DNA of 64,000 nt from Candidatus Latescibacterota bacterium (GCA_965219385.1 CBDCNM010000002.1:158639-222638), one strand, 5' to 3'. Counted from the stretch's first letter, positions 40,160-51,218 are shown. Notes: a model not told the origin generated them from the letters alone. Translations and numbers: made by a program.

Positions 40160-40975
40160 ATGGAAAAAGCAAACATGGAGAAGCACTTTGCCGAACTCGA
40201 CGAACTCGGTTGCACCGTGCTGGAGGATGTGTTGTCGCCCCGGCAGGTGGAGGAGGCCACCGAGGCCCTGAGGTCAAGCTACCAGGAGGAACACGTCGGT
40301 GCCCACGAACCCGGGACCCTGCGGACCTTCAATTTGACCGCGCGGGCAGAGGTCTTCCGCGAGATCATCCAGCTGCCCCAGCTGGTGGCGTGCATGGAGT
40401 ACCTCCTGGGTTCGGACTATATCCTCTCGGATATGGGGGCCCGTTCGTCCGTGCCCGGCATGACCGTCCAGGGACTGCACCGGGACGGCGGCCGGCCCGT
40501 ACCCAATCCGCCTTTCAATGTCCACGAAGTCGTGCCGCTCTTCGCCCAGTCCATGATCGCCCTGTCCGGGTTTACGGTTGAAAATGGGGCCACGCGCTTT
40601 GTGCCCGGATCACACGTCAGGAATATCGATCCGGCGTCGGTGCGCCCTGAGGAGGAGCACCTGTTCCTCTGCGCGCCCGGGACCGTGCTGATCTTCGACA
40701 ATCGCCTGATCCACGGGGGCGGCCCGAATAACACGGACCAGATCCGCTATGCCATCCAGGGGTTTTGCTGCCGCAGCTCCACCCGGCCTTTCTGTGACCA
40801 CACCCGCTCGATTCCGCTGGATCTGGTGGAAAAGGCCACGCCACTGATGCGCCGGCTCTGGGGTTTTGGGTGCCAGTCGATGTGGGAGGAAGCTCCGCGG
40901 CAATTCAAAATGATCGAAGTGTCCGGCGCCAGCCCCCGTTTTGATTACAACCGGGACCTCGAGGGGGGTGGGTAG
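40160..40975 (+). CDS. Phytanoyl-CoA dioxygenase (PhyH) family
   Basis: LHRD, ENGATRFVPGSH, IHGGG.N. Confidence 0.9.
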   Translation: MEKANMEKHFAELDELGCTVLEDVLSPRQVEEATEALRSSYQEEHVGAHEPGTLRTFNLTARAEVFREIIQLPQLVACMEYLLGSDYILSDMGARSSVPGMTVQGLHRDGGRPVPNPPFNVHEVVPLFAQSMIALSGFTVENGATRFVPGSHVRNIDPASVRPEEEHLFLCAPGTVLIFDNRLIHGGGPNNTDQIRYAIQGFCCRSSTRPFCDHTRSIPLDLVEKATPLMRRLWGFGCQSMWEEAPRQFKMIEVSGASPRFDYNRDLEGGG

Positions 40976-41018
40976 GGACCTCGGCCGGCAAAATCCAGGA
41001 AAAGGATACTGGAGACCC

Positions 41019-41972
41019 ATGAAATACGAGATTCCGATTACAGAAGAATTGCTAGACGAACTGACCCCGTTCTGGGAAGACATTTTCGGGGAGGAGGTGC
41101 CGGATATCGACCGCGAGGTGTTTCTGGGTGCGGAGGATTCGTACTGCCGCAGCACCCTCTACCTGCACAGGAAAGACGAAAAAGTGGCCGGCACCTGTCT
41201 TGCCATGCTCTCGAAAACCATGCCGGCTCTGGCTGGTTTCGCCGAGGTGGCCACGGATCCGCGGCGGCGCGGGCGCGGAATTGCCACCCGGTTGTGCGGC
41301 CAGGCCGTGGAGGATTTTCGCGCGGCTGGGGGCCAGGCTTTTTTTCTCGGGACCGGCAACCCGGCGGCGGCGCGGGTATACCACCGCCTCGGATGGCGCA
41401 AGCTGGCCGGCGTGAACGGGATGGCGAACATCACCTCGGGCGCTGCGCCGGAAGAATTCCTGGTGGATTTTTTTCGCCGGCCTGGGAGGGTGGAGGTGGG
41501 ATTGGCCGGGCCGGATGTGCGGGTTGCCATGATCCCTTTGATCTGGACCCCGCACGATTTCAAGGTGCTGGACGCGAACGTGGGCCTGTATTCGTGCCGC
41601 TACTGCGTGCAGCATTCCTGCATGGGCCTGTACCCGAAGTACGGGCGCGGGCTGGAAGGCCGGGGGGCGTTTTTCGCCGCCCGCACCAAGGACGGCCGGG
41701 TGGTCGGGCTGGCGTCGGCCCTGCTGGACGGCGCGGGCGGGTGTCGGGTGGATGGTTTTGTGCATCGAAACTTCGCGCGCGAATGGAATCCGCTGTTGGA
41801 GGCGGCCTGTGGGTGGGGCAGGGAAAAGGAGGCTTTGGAGTTGCGGGCCGTGGTCGCGGACGAGGAAAAACAAGAATTGTTCGAAGCCATGGGATTCAGA
41901 CGGGACGGAGCCGGGGAGGACTTTGATATCGAGGGACGGGCCGTTCCCTCCCACGAGATGAAATCAGTGTAG
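41019..41972 (+). CDS. GNAT family acetyltransferase
   Basis: VATDPRRRGRGIA, N.AAARVY.RLGW. Confidence 0.85.
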   Translation: MKYEIPITEELLDELTPFWEDIFGEEVPDIDREVFLGAEDSYCRSTLYLHRKDEKVAGTCLAMLSKTMPALAGFAEVATDPRRRGRGIATRLCGQAVEDFRAAGGQAFFLGTGNPAAARVYHRLGWRKLAGVNGMANITSGAAPEEFLVDFFRRPGRVEVGLAGPDVRVAMIPLIWTPHDFKVLDANVGLYSCRYCVQHSCMGLYPKYGRGLEGRGAFFAARTKDGRVVGLASALLDGAGGCRVDGFVHRNFAREWNPLLEAACGWGREKEALELRAVVADEEKQELFEAMGFRRDGAGEDFDIEGRAVPSHEMKSV

Positions 41973-42000
41973 CGGATCCCTCAAAGAAAGGATCGCCACC

Positions 42001-42888
42001 GTGAACATAAAAGTAGGCAGCGCCCCGGATTCGTGGGGCATCTGGTTCCCCGAAGACGAGCGTCAGACACCCTGGTCGCGGTTTCTCGACGAGATAGCAG
42101 AATCCGGTTATGAGTGGACCGAACTTGGCCCCTATGGCTATTTGCCCACGGATCCGCCCACCCTCAAAAAAGAACTGGAAGCCCGCAACCTGCGCGTGTC
42201 CGGCACCTTTGCCATGGATGATATCGAGGACCCCGGATCCTGGCCGGAACTGGACCGGCAGGTGGTGGGCGCCTGTGAATCCCTCAGCAGGCTCGGCGCC
42301 GAATACTTAGTCCTGATCGATGGCATCTACTCCGATCTGAAGACCGGCCGGGTAAACGCCACCTCCGATCTGAGCGAGGACGAGTGGAAAACCCTGATCG
42401 ACAAATCCCACGCCGTGGCCACCCTGACCCGGGAAAGATACGGCATTCGCACGGTCTTCCACCCGCACGCCGAGACCCATGTGGAATACGAGGAACAGAT
42501 CGAACGCTTTATAGATGATACCGACCCGGAGGTGATCGGCCTCTGCCTGGACACCGGCCACCACGCCTACCGCGGTGGCGAGCCGGTTTCGTTCTATCGC
42601 GAGCACCACCAGCGCATCGAGTACCTGCACCTCAAGAACATCGATCCGGAGGTGCGCCACCGGGCCGAGGAGGAGAGCATCCCCTTTGCCGATGCCGTGG
42701 CCCAAGACATGTTCGTGGAACCGGCCCGGGGCGAGGTGGACTTTCTGGCCTTCCGCGATGCCCTCAGGGAGTTCGATTTTTCGGGCTACGCGATCGTCGA
42801 GCAGGATATGTACCCGGCGCCGTTCGACAAGCCCTTGCCCATTGCCCGGCGCACCCGCGAATACTTCAGGGAAATCGACATTGGGTGA
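42001..42888 (+). CDS. IolE-like TIM-barrel sugar dehydratase/isomerase
   Basis: APDSWGIW, ELGPYGY, FHPH, LDTGH, HLK, VEQD. Confidence 0.85.
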   Translation: MNIKVGSAPDSWGIWFPEDERQTPWSRFLDEIAESGYEWTELGPYGYLPTDPPTLKKELEARNLRVSGTFAMDDIEDPGSWPELDRQVVGACESLSRLGAEYLVLIDGIYSDLKTGRVNATSDLSEDEWKTLIDKSHAVATLTRERYGIRTVFHPHAETHVEYEEQIERFIDDTDPEVIGLCLDTGHHAYRGGEPVSFYREHHQRIEYLHLKNIDPEVRHRAEEESIPFADAVAQDMFVEPARGEVDFLAFRDALREFDFSGYAIVEQDMYPAPFDKPLPIARRTREYFREIDIG

Positions 42889-42913
42889 AGATCATGGATC
42901 CTGGAAAGGAAAG

Positions 42914-43924
42914 ATGCAGATGAGCAGAGTCAAAGCCGTGTGCGTGGCGCGGGAAGGGCAGGAGATGCCCGCATGGGTGATAGCGACCATCGAGAAGGCC
43001 GGCATCGAGTTTGCGGAGCGGGATTGCCAGACCACCGAACAGGCTCTGGAACTGGCCCGGGATGCCGATATTGTCTGGGTTATGGGCGGCGCCAAATTGA
43101 TCACCGCCGAGGTCCTGCCGCAACTCCACCGCTGCGGCGCCATCCTGCGCAGCGGTAGCGGCACGGATAATATCCCGGTCAAGGAGGCCACCCGGTGCGG
43201 CATCATCGTCGCCAATACCCCCGGTGCCACCGCCATTCCGGTCGCCGAGCACGCGATTGCGCTGTTGCTGGCGGTGACCCGGAAGATCACCATACACGAT
43301 CGCATGGTGCGGGAGGGCCGGTTTTCTTTCTTCGCGGACCAGCCCCGTTTCCTGTTGCACGGGAGTACCGTCGGCCTGGTGGGTTTCGGCCGGATTGCCC
43401 GCGGTGTGGCGGCGCGACTGCTGCCCTTTGGCACGAAGCTACTGGCCTGCGATCCCATGGTCGGCACTGCAAGGATGGAAGAGATGGGCGTGCAGTCGGT
43501 GGAATTGCCGCAATTGCTGGCCGCGGCGGATTTTGTTTCGCTCCACACACCGCTGCTGGAGGATACCTACCATCTGATCGGCGAGGCCGAGCTCAGGCGG
43601 ATGAAGCCGACGGGGATTTTGATCAATACCTCGCGGGGTCGGGTAGTGGATACCCGCGCTCTGGCCCGGGCCCTGAAAGAAGGCTGGATCGAGGGGGCGG
43701 GCCTGGATGTGCTGGAAAACGAGCCGCCGGACCCGGACGATCCCATAATCGGTTTGCCCAATGTGGTCCTCACTTCGCACGTGGCCGGGTGTCACCAGGG
43801 GCAGATGGATGATTTCTGGCGTCTGTCCGTGGAGAGTATCATCGATCTGGGGCAGAAGAAGTGGCCGGTTTCCTATGTCAATCCAGGGGTCGAGCCGCGC
43901 TGGGAGATGAGGCCGCGATCTTGA
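42914..43924 (+). CDS. D-isomer-specific 2-hydroxyacid dehydrogenase
   Basis: VAEH, GLVGFGRI, INTSRG, LDVLENEP, TSHVAG. Confidence 0.9.
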   Translation: MQMSRVKAVCVAREGQEMPAWVIATIEKAGIEFAERDCQTTEQALELARDADIVWVMGGAKLITAEVLPQLHRCGAILRSGSGTDNIPVKEATRCGIIVANTPGATAIPVAEHAIALLLAVTRKITIHDRMVREGRFSFFADQPRFLLHGSTVGLVGFGRIARGVAARLLPFGTKLLACDPMVGTARMEEMGVQSVELPQLLAAADFVSLHTPLLEDTYHLIGEAELRRMKPTGILINTSRGRVVDTRALARALKEGWIEGAGLDVLENEPPDPDDPIIGLPNVVLTSHVAGCHQGQMDDFWRLSVESIIDLGQKKWPVSYVNPGVEPRWEMRPRS

Positions 43925-43969
43925 CACTTCCACCGCTGCATCCGTAGTTTTCCCGAAAAAATTCTATGA

Positions 43970-44010
43970 CAAACGCCCTTGCGGATGAAGTCGCTCCCCA
44001 AGGGCGTTTG
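43970..44010. terminator. Hairpin between convergent genes
   Basis: caaacgcccttg ... caagggcgtttg 12-bp stem. Confidence 0.65.
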
Positions 44011-44045
44011 AGCTAGTGAATCAAATCCTGCGGCCGGCCGGCTTC

Positions 44046-45101
44046 TTACAGTTTGCGCGGCTGCACTGCCTGGCCTGTGGCTGCCGCCTGGTGCACGGCC
44101 TCGACCTTGCGCATGTAGAGCACGCCTTCCTCGAAGTCGGGGCGCACCGTCCGCTCCTGGGGCGGCTTGCCCTCCCGGGCGGCGCGCACCGCGCCGACAA
44201 AATCCTCTTCGACAGTCCACTCGGTTCTTTGATCCTGGGGTACTTCCACTCTTTGCAGGGCCTCGCCCGGGCGAGCCAGTTCGAGGGCGTCCTCCATATC
44301 GTAGCGGACCGTACCCTCCAGCCCCCTGATGGTCAGGGTAAACCCCTGACTGGATTCGTCCGCGCACAGTCCTGTGTGGTGCTCCACGGCCAGGACCCCG
44401 CTTTCGAGCCGGCCGCTGATGATCACCACCTGGGGCACGCCGATCTGGACCTGCTGACCGCTTTCGTCGGTCTTGCCCGCAATCGGGGTGGAGAGGTGGG
44501 CCGTGAGTTGTTCGTAGGGGCCGAACAAGGCATTGAGGGTCTCGGCGAAGATGCCCATGGCCATGATCTGCTTGCCGCTGTGCTCGACGCGCTCGCGCCA
44601 GTGGACGCTTTGGCGGTCCAGGTTGCCGCCGCCAATGGCCAAAAGTTCGACCGAGGTGATTTCGCCCAGTTGGCCGGATTGCACCAGGTCGCGCAGGTAG
44701 TGCTCGAGGTCCCAGGGACAGGGGCTGATCATGTTGACCAGCTCTGGACGGGCCTGGGCCGCGCTCAGCATCTGTTTGGCTTCGGCCAGGTCCATGCACA
44801 TGCGCGCCTGGCAGAAGCAGTGCTTGCCGGCTTCGAGCACGGCGATGGACAGCTCTTTGTGCATGTAGGGCCAGGTGCCGATGAAGACGGCGTCCAGGTC
44901 ATCGCGGGCGATCAGGGCCTGCCAGTTGTCTTCGATCTCGGGGATGTCGAACTCGGCGGCGATTGCCTGGGAACTTTCCCGGCTGCGGTTGCAAACCGCG
45001 ATGACTTCGGCCCCGTCGATAGGGGCCAGGCCGGGCAGGTGTTTGAGGCGGCAGATAGCGCCGGCACCGATGAAGCCGATGCGCACTGGATCGCAACTCA
45101 T
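44046..45101 (-). CDS. Gfo/Idh/MocA oxidoreductase
   Basis: IGFIGAG, IGTWP..H, GKHCFCQAR. Confidence 0.88.
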   Translation of the reverse strand: MSCDPVRIGFIGAGAICRLKHLPGLAPIDGAEVIAVCNRSRESSQAIAAEFDIPEIEDNWQALIARDDLDAVFIGTWPYMHKELSIAVLEAGKHCFCQARMCMDLAEAKQMLSAAQARPELVNMISPCPWDLEHYLRDLVQSGQLGEITSVELLAIGGGNLDRQSVHWRERVEHSGKQIMAMGIFAETLNALFGPYEQLTAHLSTPIAGKTDESGQQVQIGVPQVVIISGRLESGVLAVEHHTGLCADESSQGFTLTIRGLEGTVRYDMEDALELARPGEALQRVEVPQDQRTEWTVEEDFVGAVRAAREGKPPQERTVRPDFEEGVLYMRKVEAVHQAAATGQAVQPRKL

Positions 45102-45125
45102 TGGGTGTGCTCCTTATGGTTTATT

Positions 45126-45613
45126 TAACCACTGGTGCTAGTGAGTTGACCGTGGTCTAGGCCGTTCTTAGGCTGAGGTTTCCACCCCTCCAGGCAAGCT
45201 GTGCTTGATCGTCAATCCATGGGGGCTGATCGTCGATTGGGATTGGGACACGGCCAATGGGCACGATTCGCTTTTTCAGCCGATGATTCGCCGCGTCGAA
45301 GACCAGATGATCGTATTGAGCGACCAAGGCTTTCATGCCCAAGCGGGCGATCCGACCCAACCTGAAGATCTGTGCACCCCAAACGTGGGGCGAACGGATG
45401 GTCATTGAGACGGTCTTTTCCATGTTGACACGGATTAGTCGGTTCAAGCACCAGACCCCACCGGGCTTGGGCCTATTTTAACGCCCATCTTAGCTTGGTG
45501 GTAGCGACGTTTAACCTGCTGGTCCAGTGGCATGGATTGCAACCAGACGAAAACGGGTTTGTCAAATTGTCTATCGCTGAGTTCAGCCTGTAGAACACTA
45601 GCACCAGTGGTTA
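45126..45613 (+). mobile_element. Internally deleted IS (IS982-like transposase remnant)
   Basis: Perfect 18-bp IR taaccactggtgctagtg / cactagcaccagtggtta. Frameshifted transposase 3' half (TAN.HD, LSDQGF, ERMVIETVFS). Confidence 0.8.
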
Positions 45614-45669
45614 TATATAATCAGATTGAAGGGCCCAGGCAATATAATCGGATCGAAGGGCCCAAGCAA
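45614..45669 (-). promoter_or_regulatory. Two tandem sigma70-like promoters (27-bp duplication)
   Basis: Minus strand TTGCTT-17-TATATT and TTGCCT-17-TATATA. Confidence 0.5.
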
Positions 45670-45693
45670 GCCAGGGCTGGCCAGGGCGTCGGG

Positions 45694-46946
45694 TGGAGTT
45701 GACCCGGTTTGGTGGGTACTTTATCACTTGATGAAAAGGAGCCCATTATGCCTACATCGCGTATTCCCTATCCCCCCGAATTTCGCCAGCAGATGATCGA
45801 GCTGGTCCGCTCCGGGCGCTCGCCAAGCTCCTTGGCCAATGAGTTCGAGCCTTCCGCCCAGACCATCCACACCTGGGTAAAACAGGCCGACCTCGATAGC
45901 GGCCGACGCCACGATGGCTTGACCACCTCCGAACGCGCCGAAATACGACGCTTACGCCGCCAGATCAAGCCGTTGCGCACCGAGCGCGACATCCTGGCAA
46001 AAGCAACGGCCTGGTTCGCTCGGGAGACCGATTCGATCCCCACAGAGCCTTCGAATTCGTGAAGGCGTATCAGGCCCTCTATCCCGTGACCACGCGGTGC
46101 CGTGTGTTGGGTGTCTCCTCCAGCGGCTACTATGCGTGGCGCCTGCGGCGTCCCTCAAATCGTCGCCAAGCCGATGCCCGCCTCCAAGCCCACATCGAGG
46201 CGATCCATGCCTGGTCGGATGGTACCTATGGCACCCCGCGCATTCTTGCGCAGTTGCGTCAGGAAGGCGTGCACGTGGGCGCCAAGAGGGTGGCGCGCCT
46301 GTTGCGCCAAGCGGGCTTGCAAGGGGTGAGTCGTCGCCCCCGGACCGCCACCACCCGCCGGGCCAAAGATCGGCGACCAGCCCCGGATCTGGTGGAGAGG
46401 GATTTCAGCGCTGACGGCCCCGATCGTTTGTGGGTGGCCGATATCACCTACGTGCCTACCTGGGCGGGCTATCTACCTGGCCGTCGTCCTGGATGCCTTC
46501 AGTCGGCGCGTTATCGGCTGGGCCATCACGGCCCACCTAGGTACCGAGTTGGTGCTGGATGCCCTCAATATGGCCCTGGCTCAGCGTCGACCACAGGAGG
46601 TGATTCATCATTCCGATCAAGGCTGCCAATACACCTCCATCGCCTTTGGCCAGCGCTGTAATGCCGCGGGGGTACGGCCGTCGATGGGCTCGGCGGGCGA
46701 TTGCTTTGACAATGCCCTGTGCGAAAGTTTCTTTGCTACTTTGGAATGCGAACTCATTGATCGCTATACCTTTCGCTCTCAAGCCCAGGCTCGCATCGCC
46801 CTTTTCCGTTTTATCGAGGGTTGGTACAACCCCCATCGCAGCCACTCGGCCATAGACTATTTGTCGCCCATCAACTATGAAAAGAGATGGAAGGAAGGTC
46901 CGGAAATCTCAAGTCCAAAACGGTCCATCAAAGCGGGGTAACTCCA
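45694..46946 (+). mobile_element. IS3-family element, orfB frameshifted
   Basis: TG...CA imperfect IRs. orfA YPPEFRQQ. orfB WVADITY / HHSDQG / DNALCESFF is split by a frameshift near 46470. No target duplication seen. Confidence 0.92.
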
Positions 46947-47223
46947 GATGCATTTGTCTTGGAAATGGCAATAAGTATTTTACTGAACAAATTTTCACTT
47001 TGTTTTGGCGTTTACAATTCGGTCTGAGGTTTCTAAGTTAAAAAGCCCCTAACCGTTTTGTCCGTTTTCATTTCCAGCCGTAAAATCTCCAATAACCTGA
47101 AAAACTATTGAAAGGCTTGGGCTTTTATAAAGGATTCTATCCGAAACTATTAATTCTTTAATAGCTATGGGCGTAGGTGCAATCGGAGGGGGCATCTGCG
47201 TCTTATAAACTCTCTTCATTAAT

Positions 47224-47424
47224 TTAATCTTCAGGATAAAGGTCTTGAGCAATCTGGGCAACCAGGGCAGAAAAGCGCCTTAAAAAAATCTCCTTTTCAA
47301 AGCCCAGTCGTATCTGTGTCCCATTTTCATCCTGAAAAAACAATACCACCCGGTTTGGGTGCTCCTCTGGAAATTCAACTTCCCATTCTTCGGACGTGCT
47401 TTGGTAATGGAATGGTTGGGCCAT
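47224..47424 (-). CDS. Small hypothetical protein
   Basis: 66-aa ORF with ggaggag RBS. Confidence 0.5.
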   Translation of the reverse strand: MAQPFHYQSTSEEWEVEFPEEHPNRVVLFFQDENGTQIRLGFEKEIFLRRFSALVAQIAQDLYPED

Positions 47425-47528
47425 TGCACTCCTCCGCGTTTGAGAGTCTGGAGAAGGTTTCCTTGTTGACTTGAGATAAAGCGGCTGCGAATTTAACTTA
47501 AAATGTCTTTCAACAGAAAGGGGACTAT

Positions 47529-48014
47529 ATGTGCAACGAGGATAAAACTAAATCGTCCTTAGACCTGGCCTACGAGTTGGCGATTAGACCTTCCATTGTA
47601 TTGCAGCGAATTACAAACCTAAATTCCTTGCTGCTCAGACTTGCTACAATTGCGGTCGGATCACCATTGGGAATATCCGTGCTTGCCAGGGATTTGTGCT
47701 TGAGCATCGGCACAACAGGAATGACGCTTATCTGGGGAATTGCTTTACTCACAATGATAGGCTGCATCATCGCCCATTCACTAATGTCGAGTACACGGGT
47801 CTTGACACTTGAAGGGATTTACAAAGATGAGTGGTTGAAATTAGAGCCAGCTAAGTTTAAAGATAATATGATTTACTATCTTTCTGAAGCAGAGAAAGAA
47901 AATGAGGCTCTTCTCAACAAGAAATACTGGGTTTCCTTAGCCGCTGGGTTTCTTATCGTCGTGGAGTTTATTGTCGGCGTCCTGTACGGCTACTCCTTTT
48001 TCCGCCAGGGTTAG
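47529..48014 (+). CDS. Hypothetical membrane protein (about 3 TM)
   Basis: Low-GC ORF with hydrophobic segments. Confidence 0.6.
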   Translation: MCNEDKTKSSLDLAYELAIRPSIVLQRITNLNSLLLRLATIAVGSPLGISVLARDLCLSIGTTGMTLIWGIALLTMIGCIIAHSLMSSTRVLTLEGIYKDEWLKLEPAKFKDNMIYYLSEAEKENEALLNKKYWVSLAAGFLIVVEFIVGVLYGYSFFRQG

Positions 48015-48114
48015 GCGAATCTTCTCTCATTGGTTTAGTTGGATCAGAAGGCTGAGGCTCAGTCTCAGGCTGCGGTTGAGGCTTCGGTTGAGATTCAGAG
48101 GACTGTTTTGCCAT
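47968..48114 (-). CDS. 48-aa Pro/Gln-rich peptide (below the ORF-track cutoff)
   Basis: aaggag RBS; MAKQSSESQPKPQPQPETEPQPSDP...GRRQ*. Confidence 0.45.
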   Translation of the reverse strand: MAKQSSESQPKPQPQPETEPQPSDPTKPMREDSPNPGGKRSSRTGRRQ

Positions 48115-48174
48115 GTTCAATTCTCCTTTAGATCGCCTGACCAGGAATTTAGAATGGTATCAGGGACTCGCGTC

Positions 48175-48399
48175 TCAATCACACCACTCAAATGAGCAAA
48201 TTCGGTTCGTTTCACCGTCGTACGGATACTCTGAAATGATCTCGGTAATCTGAACGGTTCGAGTTTCACCATCTGCGCACAGGACGTCCACCTCATCCCC
48301 TATTGCCACATCTTGCGTTGTTCTGACCGCCCACGTCCCATCATCGAGCCGTTTGAAGGTAGTGTGGTGCCATTCTTCGGAGGGTTCGTGCTCAGACAT
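48175..48399 (-). CDS. Small acidic hypothetical protein
   Basis: 74-aa ORF with globular beta-rich composition. Confidence 0.5.
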   Translation of the reverse strand: MSEHEPSEEWHHTTFKRLDDGTWAVRTTQDVAIGDEVDVLCADGETRTVQITEIISEYPYDGETNRICSFEWCD

Positions 48400-48439
48400 G
48401 TTGGAATATCCATTTCCGAAACATTGATGTTGCTGATTA

Positions 48440-49364
48440 GGCTGTGTACGATAAAAGGTTTTTGAGCCAAATACGGATGAAAGCGAGTATGATCATCGCC
48501 TGATACCTGTCGGCGTGTTTTTCATATCGGGTGGCAATGCGTCGGTTTTCTTTGAGCCGTCCGATGAGTCGTTCCACCACATTGCGCTGCCGATATAAGT
48601 CCTTGTCGAATCCGATTTTTTCGATGGGCGATCACGGGCTTGGTTCGCCGTTGGCGCAGTTTCTCGCGGATGGATTGACTATCATAGGCTTTATCACCGG
48701 CCAGGGCTTCAAACCGGGTGCGCTTGGGACCGGGTTTGCCTCCAATGGCCACTGAATCGAGCAAGGCGTCTACCTGGGTGGATTCATGCTGCTGACCCGG
48801 GGTTATGGTAACCGTGATGGGCTTGCCCGCCCCTTCACAAAGGACATGAATTTTGGTGGTATAGCCGCCACGGCTTTGCCCAAGCCCCTGTTTTTGAAGG
48901 CTTTCTTCACGGCTTATGGAAACACCATTTATGTTTTTTTTGCCCCGGCGGCTGCTTTATGCGCCCGAACGATGCTCCCATCGAGGGCGGCGAACGTAAA
49001 ATCGATCTGATCCATATGGCGCGCTTGGGCTTCTAACGCATCCAGGATCTGTTGCCATAAGCCTTTTTGTTCCCAACGACGAAACCGGTCGGCCCCCGTG
49101 CTCCAAGGGCCGTACCGGGGGGGCAAATCGCGCCAAGGCGCGCCGGTGCGTAAAATCCAGAAAATGCCGTTGAGCACTTGGCGATGACTCCGATAAGGGC
49201 AGCCCGGTTTGCCCGACCGTTCGGCAGGTAACAACGGCTTTAGCAGGGCAAATTCTTCATCGGTTAAGTCGTAGCGGGCCATCGGTATCCCCTCCTTCGA
49301 TTCAATGGTTGAAAGAGAGTATACCACGTCCCAATACTATTTCAAGCAATTATCGTACACAGCC
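48440..49364 (-). mobile_element. IS5-family element (two-ORF type), degenerate
   Basis: 15-bp IR ggctgtgtacgataa / ttatcgtacacagcc flanked by TA. RTGAPWRDLP..YGPW, DGSIVRAH..AAGAKK slippery A-run, GDKAYDS; second ORF disrupted. Confidence 0.92.
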
Positions 49365-49652
49365 TAGTAACAAAGAATAAAGCTGCTGTCAAACCCTTGT
49401 CAACCTGAACACGTGTTCACTAGCCAATTCCGCAATATACGTTAAAATAGACATTCTCACTCACCTTCAACTTCTCTCGACCTCCGGCGTTTAAACGGAC
49501 TCAACCATCTTTCCCATTCAGGTAGGGGATTCTGTGGTTGAAATTTGGATCTGGGTTTATTAAATTCATTGTTTATCTTTTTTAGGCCAAGCAAGGGTTA
49601 GCCTTCCTCATTTGTTTAAAGTGCTTGCAACAGAAAGAGATAGTGGGATTTA

Positions 49653-49975
49653 TGAGCAGCAGATACAAGGACAACTTTTGGGGATGGGCAAGAAGCATCA
49701 CGGATCGAGTGCCGGTTAAATTCATTTGCCTGGCCATTGTTTTGTCCTGTTTGGCAGATAAATATGGAATGGATATGGTTGTGAAGGCTATACACGCTTC
49801 AAGGGCAACCACCCTATCATGGATCATTCTTGCATTCCTTGCTGTTTTATTCGTGTTTTTGAGATGGAAGTTGGCAAGAAAGCTCCCTAAGATTTTGAGA
49901 GGTGTGTCTTACAAGGTCGGCAATGACAATGAAAGAAGTGACGACGAGGAAAATGACGACAAAGAGGAGGATTAG
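49653..49975 (+). CDS. Small 2-TM membrane protein with acidic tail
   Basis: Two hydrophobic helices, D/E-rich C-terminus. Confidence 0.55.
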
Positions 49976-49999
49976 GCAAAAGGAAAGGAGTTCTTAAAA

Positions 50000-50620
50000 A
50001 TGAGCAACATTGACGTGAACACTGCTGTCTTTTTTGTCAATCTGATGCTTATTTGCGTCCTCTACTATTGGACGATTAAGCCCTTGAGAGTCCTGTGGTT
50101 CAGAATGTGTATCTTGGACCTACACAAGACTTTGCATGTTCGGTCAAGAGAATTGGGCATTTCAGAGGATTCCATAGAATGTAGAAATAGATTTAGATTT
50201 TATAATTATCTGTACGAGGAGTATTACCGTGATTTGAACACTACGCTTCTTGGAATAATTGTACACTTTATTCGAAGAGCTTTTAAGAAGTCGGAAAGTA
50301 GAAGGGAAACGGACGAGTCTTACAACCAGAACCTTGAAGGGCTGAACAATGACCAAGAGGAATTTATGGACAGGCACGACACTCGATTTTTTATATATTT
50401 CATGGTAATGATGATAACGAGTTCTGTTCCTTTGATGGCAGCAGTTGGCATAACTTTCTTATTTATGATCAGTCTGTACCTGCTCGCTTCTCTGATTACA
50501 AGGGTGGAATTTCTCAGTCGGACTATTAGACTGGTTCATAGATTGGTAAGAAGTTTAGCGACTATAAAGGAAATCCCTCATTCCTATGATATTAGAGTTC
50601 CTCGAAGTTTATCCCGTTGA
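50000..50620 (+). CDS. Hypothetical membrane protein
   Basis: aaggag RBS, 206 aa, hydrophobic segments, low GC. Confidence 0.65.
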   Translation: MSNIDVNTAVFFVNLMLICVLYYWTIKPLRVLWFRMCILDLHKTLHVRSRELGISEDSIECRNRFRFYNYLYEEYYRDLNTTLLGIIVHFIRRAFKKSESRRETDESYNQNLEGLNNDQEEFMDRHDTRFFIYFMVMMITSSVPLMAAVGITFLFMISLYLLASLITRVEFLSRTIRLVHRLVRSLATIKEIPHSYDIRVPRSLSR

Positions 50621-50826
50621 TTGAATCGCACAACCTTCTCCAGATTCCGCATTTTCCATTTCCGGCCGTAAAATCCCAATTCCACAGAACCCTCCAATTC
50701 CCCCAACCTTGCTTGATCGTTTACGGACCACGATTTCAGGCCAATCTTTAAATTCAGATTGTAGAATTTAAGTCAATTTACGAGTGAAGGTTGTCCTATA
50801 GGGACAAGAACTACGCAGGTTGGCCC

Positions 50827-51168
50827 CTAAGGGGTTGGTGCGTTAATATATATATCATCGGAGCGCTCGACCGCCACATAAATGCGCTGGGTGGCCCCGT
50901 GCCAGGCCAGCCAGACGCGGTAATCCATATCGGCCGGATCATACGATGCCCCCCAAGAAGCGGCCTGAAAGTCCAGGGCGGTCAGAGTGGGTTCGCCCAG
51001 CAGGTCGACCCACTCGTCAATCGAGCCATCGGTCACGTCGATTTGGGCCAGATCCGCGTCGGTCAACTCGACGAAGGGATAGAGCCTTTCGCTTTCCTGC
51101 GCCTCGGCGCCACCAAGCAGCCCCACCACCAGGCCGATAATGGGTAGGAAACGTTTTACCAGGTTCAT
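50827..51168 (-). pseudogene. N-terminal half of secreted CBM9/DOMON-like paralogue (copy 1)
   Basis: Near-identical to copy 2 up to SDDIYIN, then unrelated APTP*. Confidence 0.85.
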
Positions 51169-51218
51169 CGGGGTCCTTCCTTAGGTTGAATTTCCATTGA
51201 GGCCGCCTTCGCTGAGGG

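Noticed and set aside
46947..50820. Integron cassette array
   Set aside because: Isolated GTTRRRY-like words (for example 48010) occur, but there are no paired attC boxes, ORF orientations are mixed, and there is no integrase.
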